Notes under the pieces: model-generated
The model's database searches: none
What the model was told of the DNA's origin: nothing
The model's input: the letters and a program-made list of their open reading frames with translations, nothing else
Assembly: GCF_902652985.1 (NCBI RefSeq)
Contig: NC_047018.1
Coordinates: forward strand, 27,404,001-27,468,000
Direction: 5' to 3'
Length of the DNA stretch: 64,000 bases
Origin: Pecten maximus
Taxonomy: Eukaryota
Shown here: one piece after another, positions 13,144-24,284 of the stretch
Numbering within the stretch: position 1 is the first letter of the stretch
How the letters are laid out: each line of letters starts with the position of its first letter
Program-made: the position numbers and the translations under genes

Positions 13144-15174
13144 CGGGTGGTTACGTGGAGCGAACAACAATTATCCCTATACAGCGGGGCCATCTACCGG
13201 TATGGATTTTTTTTTTTTTACTGAAACACTGGGTGTGAATCATTAATGAGACAACCATCTTCCTGTTGTTCCCTAGATACCAGAACAAATATCATTAGGT
13301 ATGCTGTGGTAAAAAGCAGCAATGTTAGCATGTTTAAATACACATAATGTAGATAGTTGATTAGGTTATAAAACGGAACATACAATGTGTTTAATAAAGG
13401 GTGACGCAAAATGAGGAAGTAATAATAAATAATACAGGCATATACATGTACCATGAAAAAAAGTGTATTATGCAAATATATTATAATGTAATGATCTTTA
13501 CACAGAGCCATCAGACTTTATATTCGTTTTAGAAGTGAACGTAAAGAACGACAACTCTTTGTGGAGATCTTATTCATATTATTAAAAAGCAGTCAAAACA
13601 AAAAATATGAATATGGATGTTTTTGCAGCTTGATTAAAATCCATTTTTAAAAATAACTTCTTGCATTTACCCCGCTAAAATATTAGTCCTTCTCTTACTT
13701 TGGTTATGCATGTACATTCAATTTCATACATGTGTGTGTATTCGATGAAGATATATACTTCTACATGTCTGTTTGGCATTAACAATCTGAGAATTGTACT
13801 ACAATATGCCAGCAATTTTTAATGAATAAGTATTTTCATTTATTATATAATGTTATGGTAATTCTCTACACTACGCGCTAGAGATCACGTTTGTTTTTTG
13901 TTTTTTTGTTGTTGTTTTTTTTCTTTGTATGGATGTGGTGCGAAAGTAATTAATGATGAGCCTCAAAGTAAGAAATAAGTGAACTACTAATTATCTAGCT
14001 AATCATTTTCAACCAGAGAAGCAATTTATGTAAGCCCTTTCCCTAAATTTTGAAGTTACCCATGTTTTCTTCATAAATAAGTTATGCTGACAAACTTTTG
14101 AAGATATTGTCAGGATCAAATGGGATAAGGTTTTTCTTTCTAAAACTGATACAAACATGCGGGGTCAGCGTGCTTACTTCTTTGTCCTGAACTAATATAT
14201 GTTATTTTTCAGTTTATTCGGAAATATTTTTAAGTGTTCCAGTTTCACTATAATATGAAAGTAAAATACAAAACTTGTGTAATTTCCCCATTTTTTTATT
14301 ATTATTTCCCGTGTATTGATCATTGCAAAGTTTTACAGCGAAAATGATAAGAAACGTCGAAAATTGCCAACGCAATGATAGTTTTAGCGAAAACAGTTAA
14401 GTCTAAAAGTGTGGGCCTAGCACAAAATGCCAGGAAAAGCCATTTTCAAATAACCGCCAAATGGATCATTTTTTAAATTCTTCTCAACACAAACCTACAT
14501 ACAAAAGAATTTTGATACATTTTTTCAGATACAATCTTGCTATAAAATTGTGGTGTTTTTTTTGGTTTTTTTTGTTGTTTTTTTTAGGGTTTTTTTTTAT
14601 CATACATTACAATAATTTTTTAAACAAAAGATCAAAACGAGACTTCAACGCGACTGAAACTTCAGAAGAGCAGATCCTAACTTCCATAATGTAAAAGAAA
14701 TTATCATTTTTGTCAATTCTGCAAGCATGCATACATATTTTAACACGCTTGTAAAATATTGTATGAACATTTCCTTCAAATGGTCAAGCAGCAAAAATCA
14801 CTTAAAATCAATTACATGTACCGTGTCAAATTGGTATCTTTCACCGATCATAGCACAAAACACGAGCACGCGAGATATCATTATTCTTGCATGTTCTGCC
14901 TTTCCAGAAATGTATACGACAAAAAAAGTTACAGAAAAGTTTCGACTTCTCAGAGGTGTACATCTTAAGCATGGAATGACATCAAAATAAGGTGGAAATC
15001 CTGCAGTAACAGTCCAATACGCTTGCGTTTGTTCAAGATGCAACTGGATAGTAACAGCATTGGTCCCAAAACTGACGGATTCGTTCTGTCGTTTTGAGGG
15101 ACGAACTAACAATCATCCTCGTTCTGTCGCTGAACATTACCTTTTTATGCATAGGATGACTATGCTTGATACCT

Positions 15175-15592
15175 GATCGAAAAGTGTCGTTATTTCACCC
15201 CGCTGGTAACGAAAAGTGTCGTTATTTCACCCCGCTGGTAACGAAAAGTGTAATTATTTCATCCAGCTAGTTCATAGAACGAAAAGTGCCGTTAATTATT
15301 TTGTCCCACTGGTCGATAGAACGGAAAGTGTCGCTTTTTCACCCCGCTGGTGACGAAAAGTGTCGCTATTTCACCAAGCTAGTCCATAGAACGAAAAGTG
15401 TCGCTATTTCACCCAGCTAGTCCATAGAACGAAAGGTGTCGCTATTTCACCCAGCTAGTCCATAAGCTAGTCCATAGAACGAAAAGTGTCGCTATTTCAC
15501 CCAGCTAGTCCATAAGCTAGTCCATAGAACGAAAAGTGTCGCTATTTCACCAAGCTAGTCCATAGAACGAAAAGTGTCGCTATTTCACCAAG
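15175..15592. repeat. ~32-38-bp tandem repeat
   Basis: GAACGAAAAGTGTCGCTATTTCACCCAGCTAGTCCATA and variants, ~10 copies. Confidence 0.9.
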
Positions 15593-16944
15593 TTAAGCAT
15601 TTGTGGCATTGTTCCATGAAGTCTGTTCGTTCTTTGCTTATTGGTACATATGGTATTAAACAACTTTTGATATTTTTGCAGCCAAGAATTCTCAGGCTTA
15701 TTCAGGTTTCCCATTATACTGTATCCAACTACCGTACAAAATGTACTTCATTTTCATGGGGATTCGCCAGGACATTCGACATTACGTGTATCTATAAAAA
15801 AAATACGAAAGGTTATCTGGTAGAGTTGGTAAGAGGGACCGTAAAGATACGAATGAGAATGTTACAAATGCAACAGACAATCCTCTGTAACAATTTCCAC
15901 GGTACAGAGTCCACAGACGCGAGGCCTGTAGGCCTGTAATTTCTAGGGTTGTATATTATACAGGAACCGAGAGTTTGCCCTAATTCGTCAAACCTTTTTT
16001 TAAGGTTATCGGCTTTATGATGATTTTTAAGGTTTGACAGTTTCGGATGAATCAAATCTTGGCCGACCTTTTGTTGTGTTTTATTTTTTGCATCTTTGAC
16101 TTTCATTTCTTCCGTGATGGGAATGTCTGATAACTCATTTTCCACGACTCGGTCTCAAAATATGGACGTTGGTCTAGATCTTCGACAAACATACTATCAA
16201 AGAAGGAGTTTATTGTGTTTGCCGTCTCTAAATTTTATCTTATCGGTAGGTTCAATCTGTTTGTGCTGATTGTCTTTCATTACACTTTGACCGGAGTCAC
16301 CTGACGTACATGTACAAATACCGGGTACTTTCAAATTCAGACGTAACTTTCAAGAAGTCATAGTTGCACTTCATGGCTTCAGTCTCTTCAACGTCGATGT
16401 TGTTTTTTTTTTGTTTTTTTTAACCAAATTTTCGCTTTGAGATAGATCTATCTTACAGTCAATTTTCATGGTTTCAGATACATTTTACATTTTTCATGAT
16501 AGACCATAATCTCTCTATATGGTATTTAATTACCAAAAAAATATACAATTTAGCTTAATAACAACGCTTTACTGAAATATGCAAGACAATTGTTTGTTTT
16601 CTATATTCAAAAATATACAATTTTTGCCTCAATCGGCAATATCTTTTCCTACATATGAGAAAAAAAATGACTCGATATAATAATAGAAGAAAGATAACTC
16701 GTCATTGAAAACAAGACCGGAACAAGAATGACGTACCAGTGACCGTGTTTGACAGCTGAAACACTTCCAGCCGAAGGTGGCAACATTGTAAAATTTGATG
16801 ATTTACGGAAGGTTTTACATACCGACAACCATAAAGCAGAACTGATGTGTAAATGTGCGTGACTTGGGAACCATGCCCTCAAAATGACATTTCGGTAGGT
16901 CCAAACAACGAAGTCGAATTTTTGTAGGTTGCGTACTACAGGTA

Positions 16945-17831
16945 GGGACTCCAGTTAAAAATTTAAAAAATTACAAAAAATTATGAAAACTGCTTATATA
17001 GATAAAGAAAGTCATCCAAAGTCAACAATAAATATTTTCTTGGATTGTTTGACTGTAGATTAATTACAATTTGCAATTTAATCAATGTGTTATTAACTGG
17101 GTCACGATCAACAAGGGGAATAACTCAAATATAACGAGAAGCTTTCATAGAGTATTCGTAACGGAAGGGAAATAACTCCTACAGTATAGTCTGTTTCTCT
17201 GGTGCTGAACAAATAAATTCAAAACTGTTTTTTATCGTTACTTAAGTGTTAAAAGTAAGGTCAATACAGTACATGAGGCAGCATAATATGATCAATTATG
17301 TTCGTATATCATGAGTTGTTTGTTATAAATACTTCACGCCAATTTACAACAAAAATGTTTATGTAAATACATTTTTCTGGAAAAGGCTATACCACGAAGG
17401 GAGGTAACAGTTAGTGTGATTTTATTAAAATATTAATCGCCTTTCTCCGCTGCCATTTAGAAGCTTGAAAAATTCACTTAAAATACCTTGATATATGAGC
17501 TTTCATTTAGCATTTAGACTTTTATCGACCACAAATATTTTCTTGTTCAAAAAAACAAAAAATTCAAACGAACATACCACTCTCAGGTACGGGATATTGG
17601 CGATCAATACGTTTTACGGATGAAAGAACAAGTATTTCACTTAACCTGAGAAACGAGAAAATACCTTATAAGTCATAGATAACTGGTGACATCCTTCCTT
17701 ACTGTGACACTAAGCATCAAGGCTTATTTCAAATATACTTCAAATAACATGTGCTCGGACCAACTGTCATGGCGAATTTAGACATTACAGTTACCTCCCT
17801 TTTCACGCCATCTAGCGATAACTGAAGTCCC
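16945..17831. mobile_element. non-autonomous DNA transposon, Mutator-like (9-11-bp TSD)
   Basis: TIR GGGACTCCAGTTA / TAACTGAAGTCCC. Direct flanking duplication TACTACAGGTA at 16934-16944 and 17832-17842 (9 bp ACTACAGGT if the TIR starts at AGGG). No transposase ORF. Confidence 0.75.
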
Positions 17832-18618
17832 TACTACAGGTACTAGGCCTACCGATTTCCCATCATGATCAATGCCCATGGGGAATGCGGTGGTACATTG
17901 TAACTATATACAAGCATGTCTCCCATGTAATGCTGTGTCATGGAATCGTTGCAACCATGACCCCAAGGTCAAAGATTAAACGTGCAAATTTCCTCGGGCC
18001 ATAACTTATACGTTGTATATCTAGATGAAATGCAGTATACATTATTACATAAATCTAAACCAATGGACAATGTACTGCCAGGTCACCTTGGCCTTATTCT
18101 CAAGTTCAAAGGTCAAAGTATGTAATTTGTTTTCTATTAATTTGCTTTTGAATCGTTTCAGTCAAGATAACTTCAAATGAAGTGGCTACATAGACCTGTA
18201 TCACTCCACTTACAAAATGCAGTGCTCTTCATTGAATTATTGCGACCTTGACCTTATTTTCTAAGGTCAAACAAGTGCAAATGTTTCCAGTGATAGTCTG
18301 AGCTATTACTTTTAAACCATTGAAATTATTGTAGTGAATGTTACTGTATACACCTTAATTTACATCACCCACTGACGAAATGCATTTCTGTCATTGGATC
18401 AATGACCTCAAGGACTATGTTAAAGATGTGCAAATTTTGTCACAGAGACCAACGTATCCTCAAAGCTAAGATAAATGGCTATCAGGAGTTGACAGATGTT
18501 AAATCTAATACCAATATTACTACTGCTGTATCCCACTGACTCTGCTGAAGATAATTTCTCTTTAGCTCATTTGGTAGTGCATTTTTCTATGGTAATAAAA
18601 TAAACAACATTTATATGT

Positions 18619-18862
18619 TTATGGAGACAGGATATGGTATATAGTGATATAGATTGTGATTAGTCCCTATGGAGACAGGATATGGTATATAGTGATATAG
18701 ATTGTGATTAGTCCCTATGGAGACAGGATATGGTATATAGTGATATAGATTGTGATTAGTCCCTATGGAGACAGGATATGGTATATAGTGATATAGATTG
18801 TGATTAGTCCCTATGGAGACAGGATATGGTATATAGTGATATAGATTGTGATTAGTCCCTAT
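18619..18862. repeat. 48-bp minisatellite, 5 near-identical copies
   Basis: TATGGAGACAGGATATGGTATATAGTGATATAGATTGTGATTAGTCCC; explains the spurious ORF 18611-18904. Confidence 0.95.
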
Positions 18863-19366
18863 GATAGGAGATTGAGAGGTGTCAACAATAAATGTAATGT
18901 ACATTTTATAAAATTCTTTGATTAATCAAGCTTTGAAAATTACAATTGAGCGCTTGATTTTTATTTATAATCGAATACATTTTTTTATTATTAATGATAA
19001 TCGTAACATCACTAGTAATGTAAGGTTGATTAAATTTAACAACAATTGCGAAACAAGTTATATCTTATATTTATCACTCTTGTTGGCCCTATCATGGAAT
19101 CAAAGCCAGGCGCCTTGGTGAGAGGCAAGTACATGTACGTTACCACTGTGCCACATAACCACATATGAATTCCAGTAGGTCTGACCTTTTATAAAAACAT
19201 CAATGATGCATTCTGTAAAATATTGCCATAACTTGTTGCTTCATTTATTTTACAGGCACTGACTAGTTATTTAATTATTTTTTACAGGTACAGGTATTCT
19301 TGATACAATGAAAGTTCAGGTCATCTCAATCACATAGCAGAGTGGTGATATTAAATTTAAGGAACA

Positions 19367-20623
19367 ATGGCTGAAAATGCTGATGAAGATGACCTGTTTT
19401 GGTATGACGAACAGGGAGATTCGGATTCAGAAAATGAGATGACTGATGAGGATTCTTTACTGCAAGCTATTGAGAAAAATGATCTTGCCAAAGCAGAGAA
19501 TCTTCTCGGTATCAAAGGAGTCTCACCGAATTTCGAGCGTAGGGGAAGAAGTCCCATTTGTCGAGTTGCCTGTTTAGGATATAATGATATGTTAGAATTA
19601 CTCATATCAAAGCAGAGTTGCCTGACCACGTCCTGTCAGGGCGACACCATGTGGCTCAGGCATCCCATACACCTGGCTGCTTCCAAGGGTTTCCCCAATA
19701 TCGTAAAACGTCTTGTTGAGTGTGGGGTGGATATCAACAGCAAGGACTCTGACCACCGTACACCCCTTCACTGGGCAGCCACATACGGACATACTGACAC
19801 AGCACAACTGCTGCTTCAAAAGGGGGCAGTGGTTAATGTAACACAGACTGATGGATTTACACCACTACACGCCGCCACCTGTCTTGGACATCTTAATGTT
19901 TGTAAGGTACTGATCGACAATGGTGCTGATGTAAACAGGGTTGATGCGGAGGGATGGACTGCCCTTCACACTGCAGTGTGCTATGGGCAGCCACAGGTTG
20001 TGGAGCTTCTCCTAGAAAATAGATCTACTGTCAAAGCCTTAACTTTGGATCAGAATACAACTTTGCATGTAGCGGCAAGTAGTGGGTATCTCAGTGTGAT
20101 GGAAATCTTGCTGACCCATGACTTGGATCTGAACAGGAGAAACATGCAAGGTTTTACACCATTCCACCTGGCATTTTATCACAGCAAGATCGATGCTTGT
20201 AAACTGTTAATTAAACATGGAGTAGACATCCAGACAACAGACCTTAATGGTCAGTCACCTTTGTACTTGGCTGCGGCACGGATGAATGTGAAGCTGGTTC
20301 ACCTTCTTCTGGAATCTGGATATGACTTTAGCAAGGAAAAATGGATTCGCGACAAGCAGTTTCCATTTGTTGTCCAAAAGCTACCGGCTCTTTGTGAAAT
20401 GTTGATAGAGACTGCCAGCAATCCTAAATCCCTTCAGTATATAACTTGTTTTAAGATTCGAAATCTCATTTCTGGGAATATTGTTCCAAAAATAGAGAGT
20501 TTGCCCATTCCGAATAGCTTGATAGATATTCTAGCATTTAAATGTGGACAGTTTAGCGAGGAGAATAATTCTGAGAAAGTTGCATTTTTTTCCACAATCC
20601 AACAAGCATGGGTATATACATAA
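19367..20623 (+). CDS. ankyrin repeat and SOCS box protein (ASB-like), 418 aa, single coding exon
   Basis: ~8 ankyrin repeats (TPLHWAATYG, TPLHAATCLG, TALHTAVCYG, TTLHVAASSG, TPFHLAFYHS, SPLYLAAARM). C-terminal SOCS box PKSLQYITCFKIRNLI...IESLPIPNSLIDIL. Acidic N-terminus; splice acceptors upstream at ~19255 and ~19287. Confidence 0.93.
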   Translation: MAENADEDDLFWYDEQGDSDSENEMTDEDSLLQAIEKNDLAKAENLLGIKGVSPNFERRGRSPICRVACLGYNDMLELLISKQSCLTTSCQGDTMWLRHPIHLAASKGFPNIVKRLVECGVDINSKDSDHRTPLHWAATYGHTDTAQLLLQKGAVVNVTQTDGFTPLHAATCLGHLNVCKVLIDNGADVNRVDAEGWTALHTAVCYGQPQVVELLLENRSTVKALTLDQNTTLHVAASSGYLSVMEILLTHDLDLNRRNMQGFTPFHLAFYHSKIDACKLLIKHGVDIQTTDLNGQSPLYLAAARMNVKLVHLLLESGYDFSKEKWIRDKQFPFVVQKLPALCEMLIETASNPKSLQYITCFKIRNLISGNIVPKIESLPIPNSLIDILAFKCGQFSEENNSEKVAFFSTIQQAWVYT

Positions 20624-22388
20624 GACAAGTTTTCTCTTTATTTGATATTCCAATGTATGTGTTAACCACAGTTAATCTTTTTTTTTTCAACCAATCACAG
20701 AGCTCAAAAAGTTGTTAAAAAAAACATTCATTGGTAGACTCAATTACCTTATGTTTCTTCAGTCATTAAAGATTCCTAATCTAAGTCTTAAAATTAATTA
20801 TAAACCCTTTTCCCAAGTGTGAAAGTTTTGATTTAACAAAGTCACTGTCACTCATGAAATAACAAAATTATTCCCAATTGAAGAAGGTTTATACTTACAC
20901 TAAATACAATTAAAGAATATACTTTAACACTAATATTTCAATATTTTGATTTATATAATAATGTCATCATTTTTGGACAGTTTGTATGTACCCCTGTACA
21001 ACTTGGACAGGGGCATAGTGTTTTAGCCCAATTCTGTACGCCTTCTGTCAGTGTATCTGCTAGTGTTACATAGGTTCAAGTTTTTGGGCGTTTTGAGGCC
21101 ATTTGTCGGGGTCAAAATGAATTGGTAACAGGGACATTCATTTTGCACCAACATATTTCTAGTTTTTTATTTTTAGAGGAAGGGGTTAAAATATTTAAAA
21201 CATTTCAATACAGGACATGAGGTGATATAATGAGAAATATGACTAAACACTGATTGTTACATTGATAATTAAGAGCCTTTGCTTTCAAACTAGCATGCTG
21301 TTGATTTTAAGAGTCTTGTAGTTAAAATGTTCATGACTATTCAGTAATACTTAGGTTTTATACAACTCTATAAGCAAAAATGTTATCACAGATGTTTTCA
21401 AGAGATATTAACACGAAGGTGTGTGTATCTGTTATACTAAAAATTACATATAATGTTGAACAGGATATGAAATATTATTATTATTGCCCGGTATACTTCG
21501 GACTGTATTTCAGTTATATGCAGGTTCAAACACTAAGAACATTTTTGTTTATTGATAAAAACATTCTACTTTATTGAAAAGACATTATTGTTTATTGTTA
21601 TTTACGATGGTAAAGGTTTATTCTCAATGTTTCTTTTATTTCATTATGTTTATTTTTTGTGACAAGTCTTAGACGACATTAAATCATTAATACTGTTGTG
21701 TTATCATAATAAATACATTTTAAAAATCAAACATGTTTATTGCATTTATATAATGGTTCTTTTGTAATTTTAACATTATTAAGTACTACAATACATGTAC
21801 TTTAAAATCCTTCGTACAAATTATTTTGATCAAGACCAAAACAAACTGCAGCATCAATGAAATGGAGGGTCTTTTTCATTGGAGAGGCAGTCCACAATGG
21901 TGAAAATATATGTACAGGTGAATAAAACAAAATATTTCTATAATATTTGGTCTGCATCAGTGGATTGAACCCTGATAGAACATCCCTCTATGTAAACCAT
22001 GAAACTGCTCCTAACCCCTCTTCTGTGAGGATTAAGGAAGTTTTTACCAAATATGGTCAGCAGTAGGTTGGATGAAATGAGAGAAATAAAGGAATCTCTT
22101 AAAAATATTTCTTGTTGATTAAAGAGTGACCGAAAGTGTAATGAGTCATAATTGCCCCCAGCCCTACCCTGAACCCAGAAGGGAAGATCCCAATAGAGGA
22201 AACAGAAGTAATCTTTAAAACCTTTCCTCAGCTGTACTGATAAAAGGATTTTATCAGACAAAAGTGTAGATTGACTAGAATATCTATGTGTGACGGACAC
22301 TCAATGTTCATGTATAGAAAAGGTTGTTTTACACTTATTGTCCACCTTCAAAACCCACTGGGTTAGGAGGAAAGGATAAGTAAGGATT

Positions 22389-23486
22389 AACAAGAGGCCC
22401 ATGGGGCCTGTATCGCTCACCTGGTTGGATTAGACCAAATGTCAAAATAATGTTCATATTCAATTTGTTTTATTTGTAAAACTCTAACAATGCTATATAT
22501 GGTTATAGTGTGGGAATCCGAACTGCTTTAAAGATTAATAAAGTCCAGACTCTCTAAGGTCTGAAAGACCTCAAGAATTGTTTATAGAACATGCATTCAT
22601 CACTTTATGACTAGTAGCGATTTAAAGGAATTACCTCTATTTACCCTATGGGGCCCCGTCCCTTTGGCCCCTCAGGGACTCAGAGTCACCATTTATGCAA
22701 AATCTGTTCCCCTTCCTCCAAGGATGTTTTTGACCAAATTGGGTTCAAATCCATTCATAACTTTATGACAAGTAGCGATTTAAAGGAATTACCTCTATTT
22801 CCCCTATGGGGCCCCGCCCATTTGTACCCTCAGGGGTCAGTCACCATTTGTGCATAATCAGTTCCCCTTCCCCCAAGGATGTTTCTAACTAAATTGGGTT
22901 CAAATCCATTTATAACTTTTTGACTAGTAGCGATTTGAAGAAATTACCTCTATTTTCCCTATGGGGCCCCGCCCCTTTGGCCCCTCAGGGGTCAGAGTCA
23001 CCATTTATGCACAATCTGTTCCCCTCTCTCCAAGAATGTTTCTGACCAAATTGGGTTCAAATCCATTCATAACTTTATGACTAGTATCGATTTGAAGGAA
23101 TTACCTCTATTTCCCTATTAGGCCACGCCCCTTTGGCCCCTTGGGGGTCAGAGTCACCGTTTATGCAAAATCTGTTCCCCTTCACCAAAGGATGTTTCTG
23201 ACTAAATGTGGTTCAAATCCATTCATAACTTTATGACAAGTAGCGATTTAAAGGAATTGCCTCAATTTCCCCTATTGGACCCCGCCCCTCAGGCCCCTTG
23301 GGGGCCAGAGTCACCATTTATGCAAAATCTGATCCCCTTCCGCCAAGGATGTTTCTGACCAAATTTGGTCAAAATCCAATAAGAACTTTTTGACTAGTAG
23401 TGATTTGAAGCAAATGTTGACGGACGGACGGCGGACGCCGCACCTTGGCATAAGCTCACCGGACCTTCGGTCCAGGTGAGCTAATA
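22389..23486. mobile_element. Helentron-associated non-autonomous element (HINE/pearl-type) with internal ~157-bp satellite array
   Basis: 5' AACAAGAGGCCC...GCTCACCTGG; five ~157-bp tandem units (~22606, 22762, 22918, 23075, 23231); (GGAC)n microsatellite at ~23420; terminal palindrome AGCTCACCGGACC-TTC-GGTCCAGGTGAGCT. Confidence 0.85.
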
Positions 23487-24284
23487 AATACTGATAGTAT
23501 TTATAAACTTTCACCAACTTTCATGAAAAATGTAGCATGATTTCTGATGAAGCTCATAAGGAGGAGGAAATGGTGTTTTGCTGGGGTGGCTATGATCCTC
23601 CTCATGAATACATCAGTTCCGTCAATGACTGATTAATCATCTTAATGTGTAACTTTCTGGAGATGCTGAAATATGTGACAATGGAAGTAAAAACCAAAAG
23701 TCTCCAAGAGCTGTTTACAAAGGTGTTAATAAATCTAAGTAGCAACATCTCTGGCAAATTAACCTGGTTTGCGTTCATTATAGTTATATTAATTACACTA
23801 TTGAATTAAGCTTATTTCAAATTGAAACTTAAGCTGAATATGATTTAATGAGTATCTGGCTTGTATTTTTTTTTTTTTTTTTTTATTATATTTTACTCTG
23901 ACCTCACACTGCCAGGCAGACTCACAGGATTTTAAGTAGATTGTCCATTATGAATCACTATTGTAGTGAAAGTTATGTCAAAGTTTGACATACAGTTTCT
24001 GAGGAGAATTTGAAAATGAAACAATAAGAAAAGACATTGAAGGAAATAGGTGTCTTGCTTCAGCAAGTCTCCTGACAATGATTCCACATTGAGAACAAAA
24101 TTTGGATAATATTTCCTAGATGTTTATTCAACATCAAACACCATGAAATGTTTTATAGATTAACTTAACACATGTATTGTTACATGTTGAGTAAAATGTA
24201 AAAGTTTGAATAATTTTACAATAAAAAAAATCTGAAAAACCTTATCACTAATTCACTGTCAACTGTACTTGGTCCTCCCAGTCA

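Noticed and set aside
14700-16200. Possible decayed transposon coding region (ORFs 14798-15112, 15813-16145)
   Set aside because: Looks coding-like but is interrupted by stops and a tandem array; no motif I can assign with confidence.
19357-19819. Antisense ORFs over the ankyrin gene (and similar ones over the LINE, PUM3 and ABCA exons)
   Set aside because: Shadow frames of real coding sequence.
23311-23517. ORF with LLAHLDRRSGELM
   Set aside because: Translation of the HINE terminal palindrome, not a gene.
23540-23620. Hammerhead or SECIS candidate (CTGATGAAG...GAAA; imperfect hairpin)
   Set aside because: Stems II/III and the cleavage triplet do not form, SECIS geometry does not fit, and no in-frame TGA gene is nearby.
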